DNA of 64,000 nt from Candidatus Caccoplasma merdavium (GCA_018715595.1 DVLI01000026.1:65966-129965), one strand, 5' to 3'. Positions 26,186-36,772 are shown, numbered from the stretch's first letter. A program made the numbers and translations. The notes: generated from the sequence alone by a model not told the origin.

Positions 26186-27499
26186 ATGAAAGTATTAAAA
26201 TTTGGTGGAACATCTGTCGGCTCGGCACAACGCATGAAAAATGTCGCCGGATTGATTTGCGACGGCAGTCAGAAAATCGTTGTCCTTTCGGCCATGTCGG
26301 GAACGACCAATACCTTGGTCGAAATCTCGGATTACCTCTATAAAAAGAATCCCGATGGAGCCAACGAAGTCATTAATGCCCTCGAACGCAAGTATCAACA
26401 GGTTATCGACGAACTTTTTGAGACCGAGACATACAAGCAACAGGCTCTCGATGCAATAAAGACCAATTTCGACACGATGCGTTCGTTCACCAAAGACCTC
26501 TTTACCATGTTCGAGGAGAAGGTGATTTTGGCACAAGGTGAATTGATGTCGACGATGATGATGAACCTCTATCTCAATGAGACGGGGGTGAAATCGGTTT
26601 TAATACCCGCTCTCGATTATATGCGTATCGACAAAAACGGAGAACCCGACCCCGCATATATAAAGAGCAATCTCGAAAAACGCTTGGCCGAGTGTCCCGA
26701 TGCACCCATCTACATCACACAGGGATTTATCTGCCGCAATGCTTACGGTGAAATCGACAACCTGCAACGCGGAGGCAGCGACTATTCGGCTTCGCTGGTA
26801 GGTGCGGCCATACAAGCCGAAGAGATACAAATCTGGACCGACATCGACGGTATGCACAACAACGACCCTCGTTTTGTCGAAGGCACCAAACCCGTGCGCA
26901 CGCTCAATTTCGAAGAAGCCGCCGAGTTGGCCTATTTCGGCGCGAAAATCCTGCACCCGACCTGCATACTCCCGGCCAAGCTCAATCGCATTCCCGTGCG
27001 ACTGCTCAACACGATGGAGCCCGATGCCCCCGGTACGATGATTTGCGGCGCTTCCGAAACCGGAAAGATAAAAGCCGTTGCCGCCAAAGACGGAATCACG
27101 GCCATCAAAATCAAATCGGGACGAATGCTTTTGGCCTATGGTTTCCTGCGCAAGGTATTTGAGATTTTCGAAAGTTACCAGACCGCCATCGACATGGTGA
27201 CGACTTCGGAAGTAGGTGTGTCGGTAACCATCGACAATACCAAGCACCTGACCGAAATACTCGACGATTTGAAAAAATTCGGTACGGTGACCGTCGACGA
27301 AAACATGGTTATCATTTGTGTCGTCGGGGATTTGGAATGGAAAAATATCGGTTTTGAGTCGAATGCCATGCAGGCGATGAAAGACATACCTGTGCGCATG
27401 GTTTCGTACGGTGGAAGCAACTACAACATCTCTTTCCTGGTGAAAGCCGAAGACAAGAAACGCGCCTTGCAGGCACTCAGTCACAGTTTATTTGAATAA
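26186..27499 (+). CDS. lysC: aspartate kinase
   Basis: 437 aa with the N-terminal MKVLKFGGTSVGS, a kinase core (GGSDYSA) and two C-terminal ACT-like repeats. Confidence 0.92.
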   Translation: MKVLKFGGTSVGSAQRMKNVAGLICDGSQKIVVLSAMSGTTNTLVEISDYLYKKNPDGANEVINALERKYQQVIDELFETETYKQQALDAIKTNFDTMRSFTKDLFTMFEEKVILAQGELMSTMMMNLYLNETGVKSVLIPALDYMRIDKNGEPDPAYIKSNLEKRLAECPDAPIYITQGFICRNAYGEIDNLQRGGSDYSASLVGAAIQAEEIQIWTDIDGMHNNDPRFVEGTKPVRTLNFEEAAELAYFGAKILHPTCILPAKLNRIPVRLLNTMEPDAPGTMICGASETGKIKAVAAKDGITAIKIKSGRMLLAYGFLRKVFEIFESYQTAIDMVTTSEVGVSVTIDNTKHLTEILDDLKKFGTVTVDENMVIICVVGDLEWKNIGFESNAMQAMKDIPVRMVSYGGSNYNISFLVKAEDKKRALQALSHSLFE

Positions 27500-27557
27500 C
27501 CAATCATAAATGAGACGGCGGACTACTATAATCCGCCTTTCTTATCTAAAAAAGCCT

Positions 27558-28712
27558 ATGAATTTTCCGATTGAAAAATTCAACACCTTGGAGACCCCTT
27601 TCTATTATTATGATACCGAGTTGTTGCGTCAGACATTACAAGTTATCAAACACGAAGCGAGCCGCTATCCGCAATATCATGTGCACTATGCGGTCAAAGC
27701 CAATGCCAACAGCCGTTTGCTTTCGATTATCCGTGAAAACGGATTGGGAGCCGACTGCGTTAGCGGCGGGGAGATAAAAGCCGCTTTGAAAGCCGGATTT
27801 CCGGCCGACAAGATTGTCTTTGCCGGCGTGGGCAAGGCCGACTGGGAAATAAAACTGGGACTCGAAGCCGGCATTTGCTGCTTCAACGTCGAGTCCTTGC
27901 CCGAGCTGGAAAACATCGACTGCCTGGCCGGAGAGATGGGTAAAACGGCTTCGGTGGCTCTGCGCATCAATCCCGATGTCGATGCCCACACGCACCACTA
28001 TATCACGACGGGGCTGAGCGAGAACAAGTTTGGTATCAGCCTCGAACATCTCGAAATGGCTCTCGACCGCTTGGCTACCCTGTCTCATGTCAAGCTCTTG
28101 GGGCTGCATTTCCACATCGGGTCGCAGATTCTCGACATGGACTCGTTCAAGATGCTTTGCAATCGTATCAACGAGATTCAGGAAACGCTCTACCGTCGCA
28201 TGATCATTGTCGATGTCATCAATGTGGGCGGCGGCTTGGGAATCGATTACCAATCGCCCGACAAACAACCGATACCCGATTTCGGCGCTTATTTTTCGGT
28301 CTTCCACAAGCACCTCAAATTACGCCCTAAACAGCATCTCTTCTTTGAATTGGGCCGTTCGGTGGTAGGTCAGTGCGGAACGCTGATAACACGCACGCTG
28401 TATGTGAAAGAAGGCGTGCAGAAAAAGTTTGTCATTGTCGATGCCGGTATGACCGACCTTATACGTCCGGCACTTTATCAGGCATATCACAGTATCGAAA
28501 ACATCTCGTCACATTTGCCCGAGCAACAGTATGATGTGGTAGGACCTATCTGTGAGTCGTCCGACTGTTTCGGCAAAGTGGTCACTTTGCCCGAGACCTC
28601 GCGGGGCGATTTGATTGCCATTCGGTCGGCCGGTGCCTATGGCGAAATCATGGCCTCGCAATATAATTGTCGGGCATTGCCGGGCTGCTGCTATTCCGAT
28701 GACTTGATTTAA
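27558..28712 (+). CDS. lysA: diaminopimelate decarboxylase
   Basis: Trimmed to MNFPIEKFNTLETPFYYYD. Features are the PLP-lysine motif HYAVKAN, GGGLGIDY and the C-terminal CESSD active-site Cys. Confidence 0.92.
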   Translation: MNFPIEKFNTLETPFYYYDTELLRQTLQVIKHEASRYPQYHVHYAVKANANSRLLSIIRENGLGADCVSGGEIKAALKAGFPADKIVFAGVGKADWEIKLGLEAGICCFNVESLPELENIDCLAGEMGKTASVALRINPDVDAHTHHYITTGLSENKFGISLEHLEMALDRLATLSHVKLLGLHFHIGSQILDMDSFKMLCNRINEIQETLYRRMIIVDVINVGGGLGIDYQSPDKQPIPDFGAYFSVFHKHLKLRPKQHLFFELGRSVVGQCGTLITRTLYVKEGVQKKFVIVDAGMTDLIRPALYQAYHSIENISSHLPEQQYDVVGPICESSDCFGKVVTLPETSRGDLIAIRSAGAYGEIMASQYNCRALPGCCYSDDLI

Positions 28713-28732
28713 TCCGAAAAACTTACTTAGCT

Positions 28733-29581
28733 ATGAGAAAGAAATTGTCGTTTCTTGCCCTTCTGATATTTTCGATGGGTATGGGACTTTCGGCACAGGA
28801 GAATATTTTTGTGTTGAAAGACAGTTACATCTATCCCAAGAAAAAGTTTATCGACTCTTTGGCTGTGGCCGAGGCTGTCGTGAAGCCTTATGAGACCTTT
28901 GCCACTTCCACCGCAACCATTCGCAGCGGACGAGACAAGAACTACCAGGTGCGTCTCTCAAAATTTGCGGGAGGCACCTATCCCGGCGATTTTCAGGCCA
29001 TACAGATATTCCTGGGAAACAAATGCCTGCTCGAAGTGACCAATGCCGATGGGTGGACCTCGCTGCCCCCGAATGTTCCCTCGAACAACAACTACTATTT
29101 TACGGTGAATATTTCGCCCTATTCAACGGCACTCTTTTTCTTCTCGCAAGCCAAAGACAATTTTCCGCCCGACTTGACCATCGTGGTCATAAAGACAGGG
29201 AAAGCTCATTTGGTATATCACCGTCCTTGCGTGTTGCAGTCTATTTCCAAGAACTCATATTCGGTGCGTCTCGAACTGGACGACCGTTATCCGATGTATG
29301 TCGTTCCCGGCGCTATGAGCAGCGAAGTGACCACAGAGCCCGAGGAGCCTGTTGTTGAGGAACAACAAGCCGAACCGCAGGAGCAGCCCAAGAAGAAAAG
29401 AAAATGGCGCCGTCGCGACAAGCAAGAGGTAGAGCCGGTTGCTGTTCCGCAGCCCGACACGGTAAAAGTCGTTGAAACGCCTGCCCCGGTAGTAAAGAAA
29501 GAGGAGCCGAAACCCGTACAGCCCAAACGCTACTTGATATGGAATGAGAGCGATGTGCTGAAAATCAAAGAACTGTATTGA
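28733..29581 (+). CDS. hypothetical secreted protein with E/P/K-rich disordered C-terminal region
   Basis: Signal peptide MRKKLSFLALLIFSMGMGLSAQ. A ~190-aa globular part is followed by TTEPEEPVVEEQQAEPQEQPKKKRKWRRRDKQEVEPVAVPQPDTVKVVETPAPVVKKEEPKPVQPK and a short C-terminal tail. I recognise no family. Confidence 0.65.
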   Translation: MRKKLSFLALLIFSMGMGLSAQENIFVLKDSYIYPKKKFIDSLAVAEAVVKPYETFATSTATIRSGRDKNYQVRLSKFAGGTYPGDFQAIQIFLGNKCLLEVTNADGWTSLPPNVPSNNNYYFTVNISPYSTALFFFSQAKDNFPPDLTIVVIKTGKAHLVYHRPCVLQSISKNSYSVRLELDDRYPMYVVPGAMSSEVTTEPEEPVVEEQQAEPQEQPKKKRKWRRRDKQEVEPVAVPQPDTVKVVETPAPVVKKEEPKPVQPKRYLIWNESDVLKIKELY

Positions 29582-29596
29582 TCTTTTGATGGGATA

Positions 29597-29636
29597 TAAA
29601 GAAGAGGCGGTCAAACTGTTTTGACCGCCTCTTTTG
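29597..29636. terminator. bidirectional intrinsic terminator
   Basis: AAAGAAGAGGCGGTCAAA-CTGT-TTTGACCGCCTCTTTT lies between convergent genes. Confidence 0.8.
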
Positions 29637-29654
29637 GTATGGAGAGGAGTGAGG

Positions 29655-30749
29655 TTATTTTCCGATTTTCTTTATCCACTCGGCATATTTTTCAAGAACT
29701 TCATTCCCTTCGTCGTTGTACCAGGAATAACCACCACGGCGTTCTTCACCTACTTCGGCCAGTGTGGCACGCTTTATGCCGTCGCGGTCGCAGAAGAACG
29801 GTTGCTCGGTTTCGAGGTCATAGAAACGGGCCCAAAGCGGTTTGGCACCTTTTTCGTATTCGATATAGGCTACCCATTTGTCGTTTTCGTCGCGATAACG
29901 CACATACTTGGTATCGGTGATTTTGTGCTCCTCAAACCATTTTACGGCACCTTTTACGGCCGCAATCACTTCGGGTGAAGGGTTTTCGACCTTCATCAGC
30001 AACAACACGATGTCGGCCGATTCGTCGCCGCTGTAAGATTCCAGTTCATACGCTCTTGCTTTGGCCGGTTTCAGTGTCTCGGGATCGTGTTGGGCGCACC
30101 ATACGGTGAGCTCGCCTTTTTTATTGCGTATCTGGGTGTCGAGGATACATTGTATGCCTTTTTTATAGGCTTCGAGGGCTTTGGCCTTTTCTTCGGGCGT
30201 GAAGTTGAAAATCACATAGGGCTTATCGTCATCGCTGATGGCGTAGAGCAATTTTAGTACGTTCACAATCGCTCCGTCGTTGAACGTGATGTCGCGTGAA
30301 TAAGCCACAGATTTCCCTTTGCGATAAGGGTAGAATTGGGGCCAGCCACCGTTGTCGTATTGGGAAATGTAGATGTAATTGAGGGCTTTGAAGAAGGCAT
30401 CGCGGTAGATTTGTTCGTGCGTCTGCGCATACATGTTGGTGAGAAAACGCATTTCGGTCGTCGTGGCGTTGTTGTCGATGGTTGTACCTATTCCCGTCTC
30501 TTTTATTTTGTCGATGACATCTTGTCGTATTTCGCCATGGAATGCGATGTTTTTGGGGAATCCGCCCAATTCGCTTTGATAGAGCAACAACTTTTCGGCA
30601 ATGGCTTTGGCTTCGGGGGTGCCGTACCATTCTTTGGGCATCTTGGTGGCAATCTGTTTCCACGGGAGTTTCTGCAATTCTTCCATCGTTTGTGCCGAGA
30701 CAATCATGGACAAGAAGCAGAAAATCAATCCAAAAATTTTCTTTTTCAT
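29655..30749 (-). CDS. pectate lyase, PelA/Pel-15E type (PL10)
   Basis: Signal peptide MKKKIFGLIFCFLSMIVSAQ. Motifs YQSELGGFPKN, GTTIDNNATTTEMRFL and QYDNGGWPQFYP match my memory of PL10 (alpha/alpha)3-barrel lyases. Confidence 0.75.
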   Translation of the reverse strand: MKKKIFGLIFCFLSMIVSAQTMEELQKLPWKQIATKMPKEWYGTPEAKAIAEKLLLYQSELGGFPKNIAFHGEIRQDVIDKIKETGIGTTIDNNATTTEMRFLTNMYAQTHEQIYRDAFFKALNYIYISQYDNGGWPQFYPYRKGKSVAYSRDITFNDGAIVNVLKLLYAISDDDKPYVIFNFTPEEKAKALEAYKKGIQCILDTQIRNKKGELTVWCAQHDPETLKPAKARAYELESYSGDESADIVLLLMKVENPSPEVIAAVKGAVKWFEEHKITDTKYVRYRDENDKWVAYIEYEKGAKPLWARFYDLETEQPFFCDRDGIKRATLAEVGEERRGGYSWYNDEGNEVLEKYAEWIKKIGK

Positions 30750-30793
30750 CTGATAAATATTTTGATGTTACTGAATGTTTGTGTCTTGTAGTC

Positions 30794-32482
30794 CTATTTT
30801 TGCAATCGACCGGTAAGCGTGTCGCGGTTGTTTTTGAGGTCGGTCCAGTCAACTTTCCGGGTGGGGTCGATGCCGTTGATGTATTTCTCGATGTTGGTAT
30901 ATCCATCGTCGTTGCAATCTCCCGTGGCGTCGGAGGGGTCGTTGGGGTTCAGCCCATACCGTATCTCCCACGCATCGGGCATTCCGTCGTTGTCGCTGTC
31001 GATGTATGGCGTACCCTTGTACTCGGGCAGCCCGCCCACCTGTTGCGGGTGGGTGATGATGCCATATTTGTATGAATCGTCGGGCAGTCTCCGTTTGACA
31101 TAAGGCGTGACGAAGGGGCGTGCCTTTTTGTCGTATATGGCTTGTCCCGTGCGGACCGTGTTGATGATGCGCGTATCGACCGAGTCTCTTCGTGGAAGAG
31201 TGGCCCCAACATTTTCCATGACAAACTCATAGGCTTCTTGCGCCGACATGATGGGGTTGTGCGGCGGCATGGCAAAAGGCTCGTCGACGCGTATCGCCTC
31301 TTCAAATTTACCGCAGTCACGTTGCCCGTACACTTGCACTCCGCCGTCCCAGTTGTCGGCTGTCACTCGGTCGTTGCCCAGCATGATGTTGCCGTTTACA
31401 TAGGCTTTCCCGAATGTGTCGGGTTTGTTTTTGTCACGGCTTGATTCGGGTTTGAGAATGCGATATTGTATGGCTTTCCCGTTTTGCAGCGCCGTGACGG
31501 GACCGGGCTTGAAGTAGTTGTTGATGATGTTGTATTGCGAGTATTCGTCACCGCCGTCGACAGACCGGTTCCACCAGTTGTAGATAACGCAGTTGACCAA
31601 GTTGAAACCGCCGTTCATGCCGATGGAGCAGTTCCGCGATATGTTCGAGGCAAAAAGATTGCGGGCGAAATAACAGTTGTGTCCGCCGATGGTCGCCCCG
31701 AAAGCATGGTTATAGGTGTCGAGCGCCTCGGCAAACATCGAATTTTGAATGGTAATGTTCACGGTAGGCAATTTCGTCCCTTTCCCGGTTTCGTCGCGGT
31801 TCCATACATGACGGTATATCGACATGACTTCGTCGAGCCCCCAAGAGGTCGATACATGGTCGATGATGATATTGCCCACAGCGTTTCCACCCAAGGCATC
31901 GTCACGGTTCCCCACATCGACGGCTCCTCGGCGGAAGCGCATGTGGCGGATTATCACGTCGTGGGTGTCGATGAGGAAGGAGGCGCCGGCCACGCATACC
32001 CCATCGCCGGGCGCTGTTTGTCCGGCGATGGTGATATAGGGTGCTTTAATGCTGATGGGTGATTTGAGTTCTATTACACCGGCCACGTTGAAGACCACGA
32101 TACGGGCGCCGCCTGTCTCGCAGGCTTCGCGCAGAGTGCCCGGCCCACGGTCGGCCAGCGAAGTCACGGTAATGACTTTGCCGCCCCGTCCGCCGGCAGT
32201 AAAAGCTCCGCCCCCTTCGGCTCCGGGGAATGCCGGGATTTGGCATTGCGGCAGGTCTTTGGGTTTTGAGGCCCAAGGCCGGTAGACGCGTCCGTATTTC
32301 TTCTCTTCCTTTTTGACAATCTTCAATGCCTTTTCCCAAGCTGCATTGTCGAGCTTGTCATAGTAGGCGTTTTCTTGGGCGACACGTTGCTGTATCGAGT
32401 CGGGAACCGTTGGGTATTGCGCCTCGATGGGACAGGCGATTGCCAAGAATAATATTCCCGACAGGAGGGTAATTCGTTTCAT
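30794..32482 (-). CDS. pectate lyase (PL1) with C-terminal calcium-binding/dockerin-like repeat
   Basis: AFPGAEGGGAFTAGGRGGKVITVTSLAD...GTLREA, ITIAGQTAPGDG and NIIIDHVSTSWGLDE are typical of PL1 beta-helix lyases. The C-terminus reads DSDNDGMPDAWEIRYGLNPNDPSDATGDCNDDGYTNIEKY. Confidence 0.8.
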   Translation of the reverse strand: MKRITLLSGILFLAIACPIEAQYPTVPDSIQQRVAQENAYYDKLDNAAWEKALKIVKKEEKKYGRVYRPWASKPKDLPQCQIPAFPGAEGGGAFTAGGRGGKVITVTSLADRGPGTLREACETGGARIVVFNVAGVIELKSPISIKAPYITIAGQTAPGDGVCVAGASFLIDTHDVIIRHMRFRRGAVDVGNRDDALGGNAVGNIIIDHVSTSWGLDEVMSIYRHVWNRDETGKGTKLPTVNITIQNSMFAEALDTYNHAFGATIGGHNCYFARNLFASNISRNCSIGMNGGFNLVNCVIYNWWNRSVDGGDEYSQYNIINNYFKPGPVTALQNGKAIQYRILKPESSRDKNKPDTFGKAYVNGNIMLGNDRVTADNWDGGVQVYGQRDCGKFEEAIRVDEPFAMPPHNPIMSAQEAYEFVMENVGATLPRRDSVDTRIINTVRTGQAIYDKKARPFVTPYVKRRLPDDSYKYGIITHPQQVGGLPEYKGTPYIDSDNDGMPDAWEIRYGLNPNDPSDATGDCNDDGYTNIEKYINGIDPTRKVDWTDLKNNRDTLTGRLQK

Positions 32483-32526
32483 GGTCAGGGGCGATGTTGA
32501 TGATTTCGGTATTTTGGATTATTCCT

Positions 32527-35301
32527 TTATTTGGATATGCTTGTACGATAGTGATATGCTCCCGAACCGATTTGTCGTATTTCCCCGTTGGGAAGGTGTA
32601 CTTCGGCCGTGGTATTGGGAGGCAGCATGATGTCCCACACGATGTGTGCACGACTCTTTTTCCATCGGCTTTCGACTTGACCGTACGGTGTTTGGTAGGT
32701 AACATCGACATGGTCGAGTTGTTTGATGTCGAAACACGGTTTGAAGATGATGTGCTTGAAACCGACCTTATCGGTCGACGGACGTATACCGCCCAACTCT
32801 TCGAAGCAGAAGGGGAGGAAGTCGCCCAGGAGCATGACATGGTTGCCGCTGTTCATCCAGGGATTGGCGGTATCACCGTTCCAAAGTTCCCAAATGGTCG
32901 TCGCTCCGTTTTCAATCATATATCCGAAACTCGGGTAGGACGTATGCGAGGCCATTTGGTAGGCCAGGTTGCTTTGCCCTATGCGGCACAGTTGGCCGAA
33001 AAGCCATTGCATGCCGATGACACCACAACTGATGTGTGCGTTGTGGGTTTCGATGATGGTCGTCGACAAGTTCTTTGCGACGGCTTCGGCGTATGGGGCG
33101 GGAATCATGTCGAATGCCAAGGGGAGGAGGTTGGCTGTGACGGTGTTGTTTGCATAGAATGCGACAGAATCTCCTTTGCCGGTTGCCGGTTGTACGGTCA
33201 GAAAGATTCTGTTGAAAGCCGCTTTCAGCTTTTCGGCGTCGGCGTCATAACGTTCGGCGTCGGCGCTCATGCCCAGCAAACGGGCAAAGCCGGCCATGAT
33301 TTTCAGGTCTTTATAGAAATAGGCCGAGGCAATGAGGCGGCCGTCGGTCTTGCGAGCCGGGTCTTGGCTGTGAATCATCTCGGGCGACTCGGGTGGTACG
33401 CACCAGTCGCCGTATTTGTCTTTCACGATGAGTCCGGCGCGGTTGGTATATTCCTTGGCCATGTGTTCTATCCAACGCTGCATCGATGAATAGTGCTTGC
33501 GTATGGGCTCCATGTTGCCATATTGGGTGTAAATCATCTCGCAGGCAAAAATCAAGGCGCTGGGCCATGTTACGTTGTCGCTGTAATAGTTCCAGAATGC
33601 CGGAGCCACATCGGGAATACAACCGTCTTCTCGTTGAGCCTCGCAGATGTCTCGCACCCATTTGGTATAGAGCCGTTCGTTGCCGAAGAGATAACTTTCG
33701 CCCCAGCACCCTTTGGTGCGGTCGCCGAGCCACGGTTGCCGTTCGTTGCGTTGCGGGCAGTCGACGGGCATGCCCTTGTAGTTGCCGAGAATACCCCAAC
33801 GTGCGTTTTTCACGATGGCATTTAGGGTCTTGTCCGACGAGGAGAAGGTCCCGGTTTCTTCCATGTCATCGCTGATGACTTGTGCCGTGAAACATTCGGT
33901 GAGCGGGTGGCGGGCTGATAGTTTGGAGGTGCCGGAGAGGTTTTTATATCCCGAGACTTCGACATATCTGAATCCGTGATAAGAGAATATCGGAGCCCAT
34001 TTTTCGTTCTCGTCTTCTTCTCCGTTGCAAATGTAGGTGTCGGTGCTCAGGGCATCGCGCAGATTCTCGGTGAATAATGATTTCCCGTCTTTGTTGAGCC
34101 GTTCGGCATATTGCAGGAAAATGCTGTCACCGGCTTGCCCTTGTACTTTCATTTCGACCCACCCGGCCATGTTCTGACCGAAATCGAGAATGAACCCTTT
34201 TTCGGTTTCGATAACCGATACCGGTTTTATTTCCTGCCATATTTTCATACCCGGCATCATGGCTCCACGCAGCGTGCCGGTAGGAATGCTCACTCGCTGT
34301 GCCGGTATCCAGGTAGAGTCATTGTAACCGGGTTGTGTCCATGCGCCCAATTCTTTGCGGGCATCGTATATTTCGCCGTCGTATTCGTTGTTGCTGCGTA
34401 TGGGACCGTCGGGCGTGAGTTTCCATCGCGTGTCGCTGGCTATCGTTTCCCGGCTGCCGTCGACATATTCGATGACGAGGTTCAGTCGCAATTTGGGATA
34501 ACCGAAGTTGGCGATTTTATAGGGCTTGTAATTTTGGCACATGGTGTAATAGCGCCCGTTGCCAAGTACCACACCGATGGCGTTTTGGCTTTGTATCAGT
34601 GACGTGACATCGTAAGTGTTGTAGAGAATGGTCTTGCGATAATCTGTCGGAGCCGGAGTCAGCACTTCATTCCCGACCTTCTGCCCATTGATATAGAACT
34701 CATACAATCCCAGTCCGGCGATGAAGGCCGTGGCGCGTTTTATGGGTTTGTCGGTCGTGAATTCGGTGCGAAGATAGCGTGCCGACAAACGGCTGTGCAT
34801 CTCTTCTCTGTCCCACGGCATGGCTTGGTCGAGACCAATCCATTGCCCTTTCCAGCGGTTTTCCGAAAGCAGTCCCGTTGAGAACTTGGCGATGGGGCTC
34901 CACGATGTCTGGCATTCTTTCTCTTTCCCGTATGAAGCCGTTATCTGCACTTTCCAATAGGCATGCCGATTGCTTCCCAAGGGCATGCCCCGGTATGCGA
35001 CCCACAGGGAACTATCGCTGGTCACGATGCCTGAATCCCACAAGTCGCATTTCCCGTCAGCCAATTTGCTGCTGTCGCTTGCGACCATGATGCGGTAGGT
35101 GCGTTGCATGACGTTCGATTCGTCCGATTGCAGTTGCCAACTGAATCGTGGTGTTTCCGTATCGAGCCCCAAAGGATTGTGTAGGGCTTCGGTGCGCAGG
35201 TCGGCAAGAGATACGGGTTCTTGTGTGGGTTGTGCGTGTAGCGGCAGGGGCATTGAAAGCAGTAGGCCGACGGCCGCAATTAAAAGAGAATGTGTTTTCA
35301 T
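32527..35301 (-). CDS. alpha-L-rhamnosidase (GH78)
   Basis: Trimmed to MKTHSLLIAAVGLLLSMPLPLHAQ (signal peptide). The N-domain signature LRTEALHNPLGLDTETPRFSWQL is present. At ~920 aa the multi-domain layout fits bacterial GH78. Confidence 0.85.
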   Translation of the reverse strand: MKTHSLLIAAVGLLLSMPLPLHAQPTQEPVSLADLRTEALHNPLGLDTETPRFSWQLQSDESNVMQRTYRIMVASDSSKLADGKCDLWDSGIVTSDSSLWVAYRGMPLGSNRHAYWKVQITASYGKEKECQTSWSPIAKFSTGLLSENRWKGQWIGLDQAMPWDREEMHSRLSARYLRTEFTTDKPIKRATAFIAGLGLYEFYINGQKVGNEVLTPAPTDYRKTILYNTYDVTSLIQSQNAIGVVLGNGRYYTMCQNYKPYKIANFGYPKLRLNLVIEYVDGSRETIASDTRWKLTPDGPIRSNNEYDGEIYDARKELGAWTQPGYNDSTWIPAQRVSIPTGTLRGAMMPGMKIWQEIKPVSVIETEKGFILDFGQNMAGWVEMKVQGQAGDSIFLQYAERLNKDGKSLFTENLRDALSTDTYICNGEEDENEKWAPIFSYHGFRYVEVSGYKNLSGTSKLSARHPLTECFTAQVISDDMEETGTFSSSDKTLNAIVKNARWGILGNYKGMPVDCPQRNERQPWLGDRTKGCWGESYLFGNERLYTKWVRDICEAQREDGCIPDVAPAFWNYYSDNVTWPSALIFACEMIYTQYGNMEPIRKHYSSMQRWIEHMAKEYTNRAGLIVKDKYGDWCVPPESPEMIHSQDPARKTDGRLIASAYFYKDLKIMAGFARLLGMSADAERYDADAEKLKAAFNRIFLTVQPATGKGDSVAFYANNTVTANLLPLAFDMIPAPYAEAVAKNLSTTIIETHNAHISCGVIGMQWLFGQLCRIGQSNLAYQMASHTSYPSFGYMIENGATTIWELWNGDTANPWMNSGNHVMLLGDFLPFCFEELGGIRPSTDKVGFKHIIFKPCFDIKQLDHVDVTYQTPYGQVESRWKKSRAHIVWDIMLPPNTTAEVHLPNGEIRQIGSGAYHYRTSISK

Positions 35302-35314
35302 GGCATTTGTGTTT

Positions 35315-36766
35315 TTATAAGTCTTTTCTGAATTGGGCATCGGGCAGAGATGTCCATTCGGGTAATACATATTTTGTCGAGGCGTCGGTAACGATTAGTA
35401 CCCAGTCGTTGACTCCGTCGGTGCGAATGTCGGGGATAAAACGGGTTGTCCGGTTGGCAAATTCTCCGATGTAGCTCAGCTGTCCGTTACAGGGATTATA
35501 CCACCAGGCTCTTTTTTGTTTGCCTTTGATTTTTCTCAGGTCGATTTCCATCGGTTCGCCCAGGTAGGAGTAGACCAGCAGATAGCTGTTTCCGCGAGTG
35601 GCTGCAACTCTATGGTATTTCGTCCCGTTTTCACCGACGATGATACTTTGGTCGGGAATGCGCTCGAAGAAAGGAAAGGTCAGCATCAGGTTCTTGACAT
35701 ATTTCATTTGATTGAATCCCGGGTCTTTGAGCGCTTCATACCAAGGTGTGCAGGCACCGTATGCTCCGCCTACGCCGGGACGATAGAATTGCATGATGGC
35801 ATTGTTCCCGTAGGTGTGCCCGAATGCTCCGGCAAATATCGACCAGTAGGCATAGCGGCGACAGTCGTAGTCTTGCCACAGGGGTTCGCCGGGATCATGC
35901 AACCCTTGCGGAATCCTTTCGTAAGAAGGCTCTCCGTCGATAACCGGCTTCATGGGTGTGATGGCCAAGGAGCGTTCGACATAACGCCAGTTGTCTTCTT
36001 CGGTATCTTCGGGAATCGGATAGTTCTTGTCATCGCCTCTTTGGTTGTAGCGACGGTGGCCGCTTTGGAACATATTGAAGTCGAGCCACTCGGCGTCGTT
36101 GTAGAAGTCGGTCGACAAGGTCCTTCCTCTCGGGTGGAATGTCATGAGGTGGTTGGGGTCATGGGCCTTTATGCTGCGAGCCAAGGCGTGCCACACTTCG
36201 GCTTTGATGTCGCATTGAATGTCTCCGCCGATTATCCAAATGATGTTGGGAGCATCTTTGTAACGTTCACCCAGGAACTTGCCGTAGGCTTGGGCTTCTT
36301 CCACGCTCATCAGTCCCGATTTTACCAGTCCGCCCCAGATGCATACCATGCCGATGTAGATGCCGTTGCTTTCGGCGGTCTTTATGATATGGTCCATGTG
36401 ATCCCAATATCCGTAGACGCCTTTCTGGTCGATGTTCTCGAAGTTGAACCCGTCGGGGTGAGACATCTGTCCGTAGGCATTGAATGCCGGTACACCGTTT
36501 ATGGTTTGCACCTGCACGACATTGAAGCCGGCTTCGCGGCATCGTCCCAAGTAGTACCCGACTTCGTCGCGGTCGAGGCGTTCGGGCATGAGCCAGCCGG
36601 TCTCACCTTGCCAAAAGAAAGGTTTACCGTTTTCGTGTTTCAGATAACGGCTCTCTTCCGACACGAGCAGTTTCCCGTTTTTCCAGGGAATATAAGTCGG
36701 CGTTTTGGCGGCAAAACTCACCAGCGTGCATGTCGCGGCAAAAAATGTCAAGAGAATTTTTTTCAT
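35315..36766 (-). CDS. DUF4038 / GH140-type glycoside hydrolase (apiosidase-like)
   Basis: It has a signal peptide, then GKPFFWQGETGWLMPERL and a TIM-barrel-like core (FNVVQVQ, IIWIIGGD) matching my memory of DUF4038. As I recall, GH140 was founded on B. thetaiotaomicron BT1012. There is a 13-bp gap to the GH78 start. Confidence 0.7.
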   Translation of the reverse strand: MKKILLTFFAATCTLVSFAAKTPTYIPWKNGKLLVSEESRYLKHENGKPFFWQGETGWLMPERLDRDEVGYYLGRCREAGFNVVQVQTINGVPAFNAYGQMSHPDGFNFENIDQKGVYGYWDHMDHIIKTAESNGIYIGMVCIWGGLVKSGLMSVEEAQAYGKFLGERYKDAPNIIWIIGGDIQCDIKAEVWHALARSIKAHDPNHLMTFHPRGRTLSTDFYNDAEWLDFNMFQSGHRRYNQRGDDKNYPIPEDTEEDNWRYVERSLAITPMKPVIDGEPSYERIPQGLHDPGEPLWQDYDCRRYAYWSIFAGAFGHTYGNNAIMQFYRPGVGGAYGACTPWYEALKDPGFNQMKYVKNLMLTFPFFERIPDQSIIVGENGTKYHRVAATRGNSYLLVYSYLGEPMEIDLRKIKGKQKRAWWYNPCNGQLSYIGEFANRTTRFIPDIRTDGVNDWVLIVTDASTKYVLPEWTSLPDAQFRKDL

Positions 36767-36772
36767 ATCTGT

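Noticed and set aside
30880-31025. Dockerin-like DxDxDG repeats at the C-terminus of the PL1 lyase, as a hint of a cellulosome-type system
   Set aside because: No cohesin or scaffoldin candidates are nearby. Such calcium-binding repeats are, as I recall, common at the C-termini of Bacteroidota pectate lyases.
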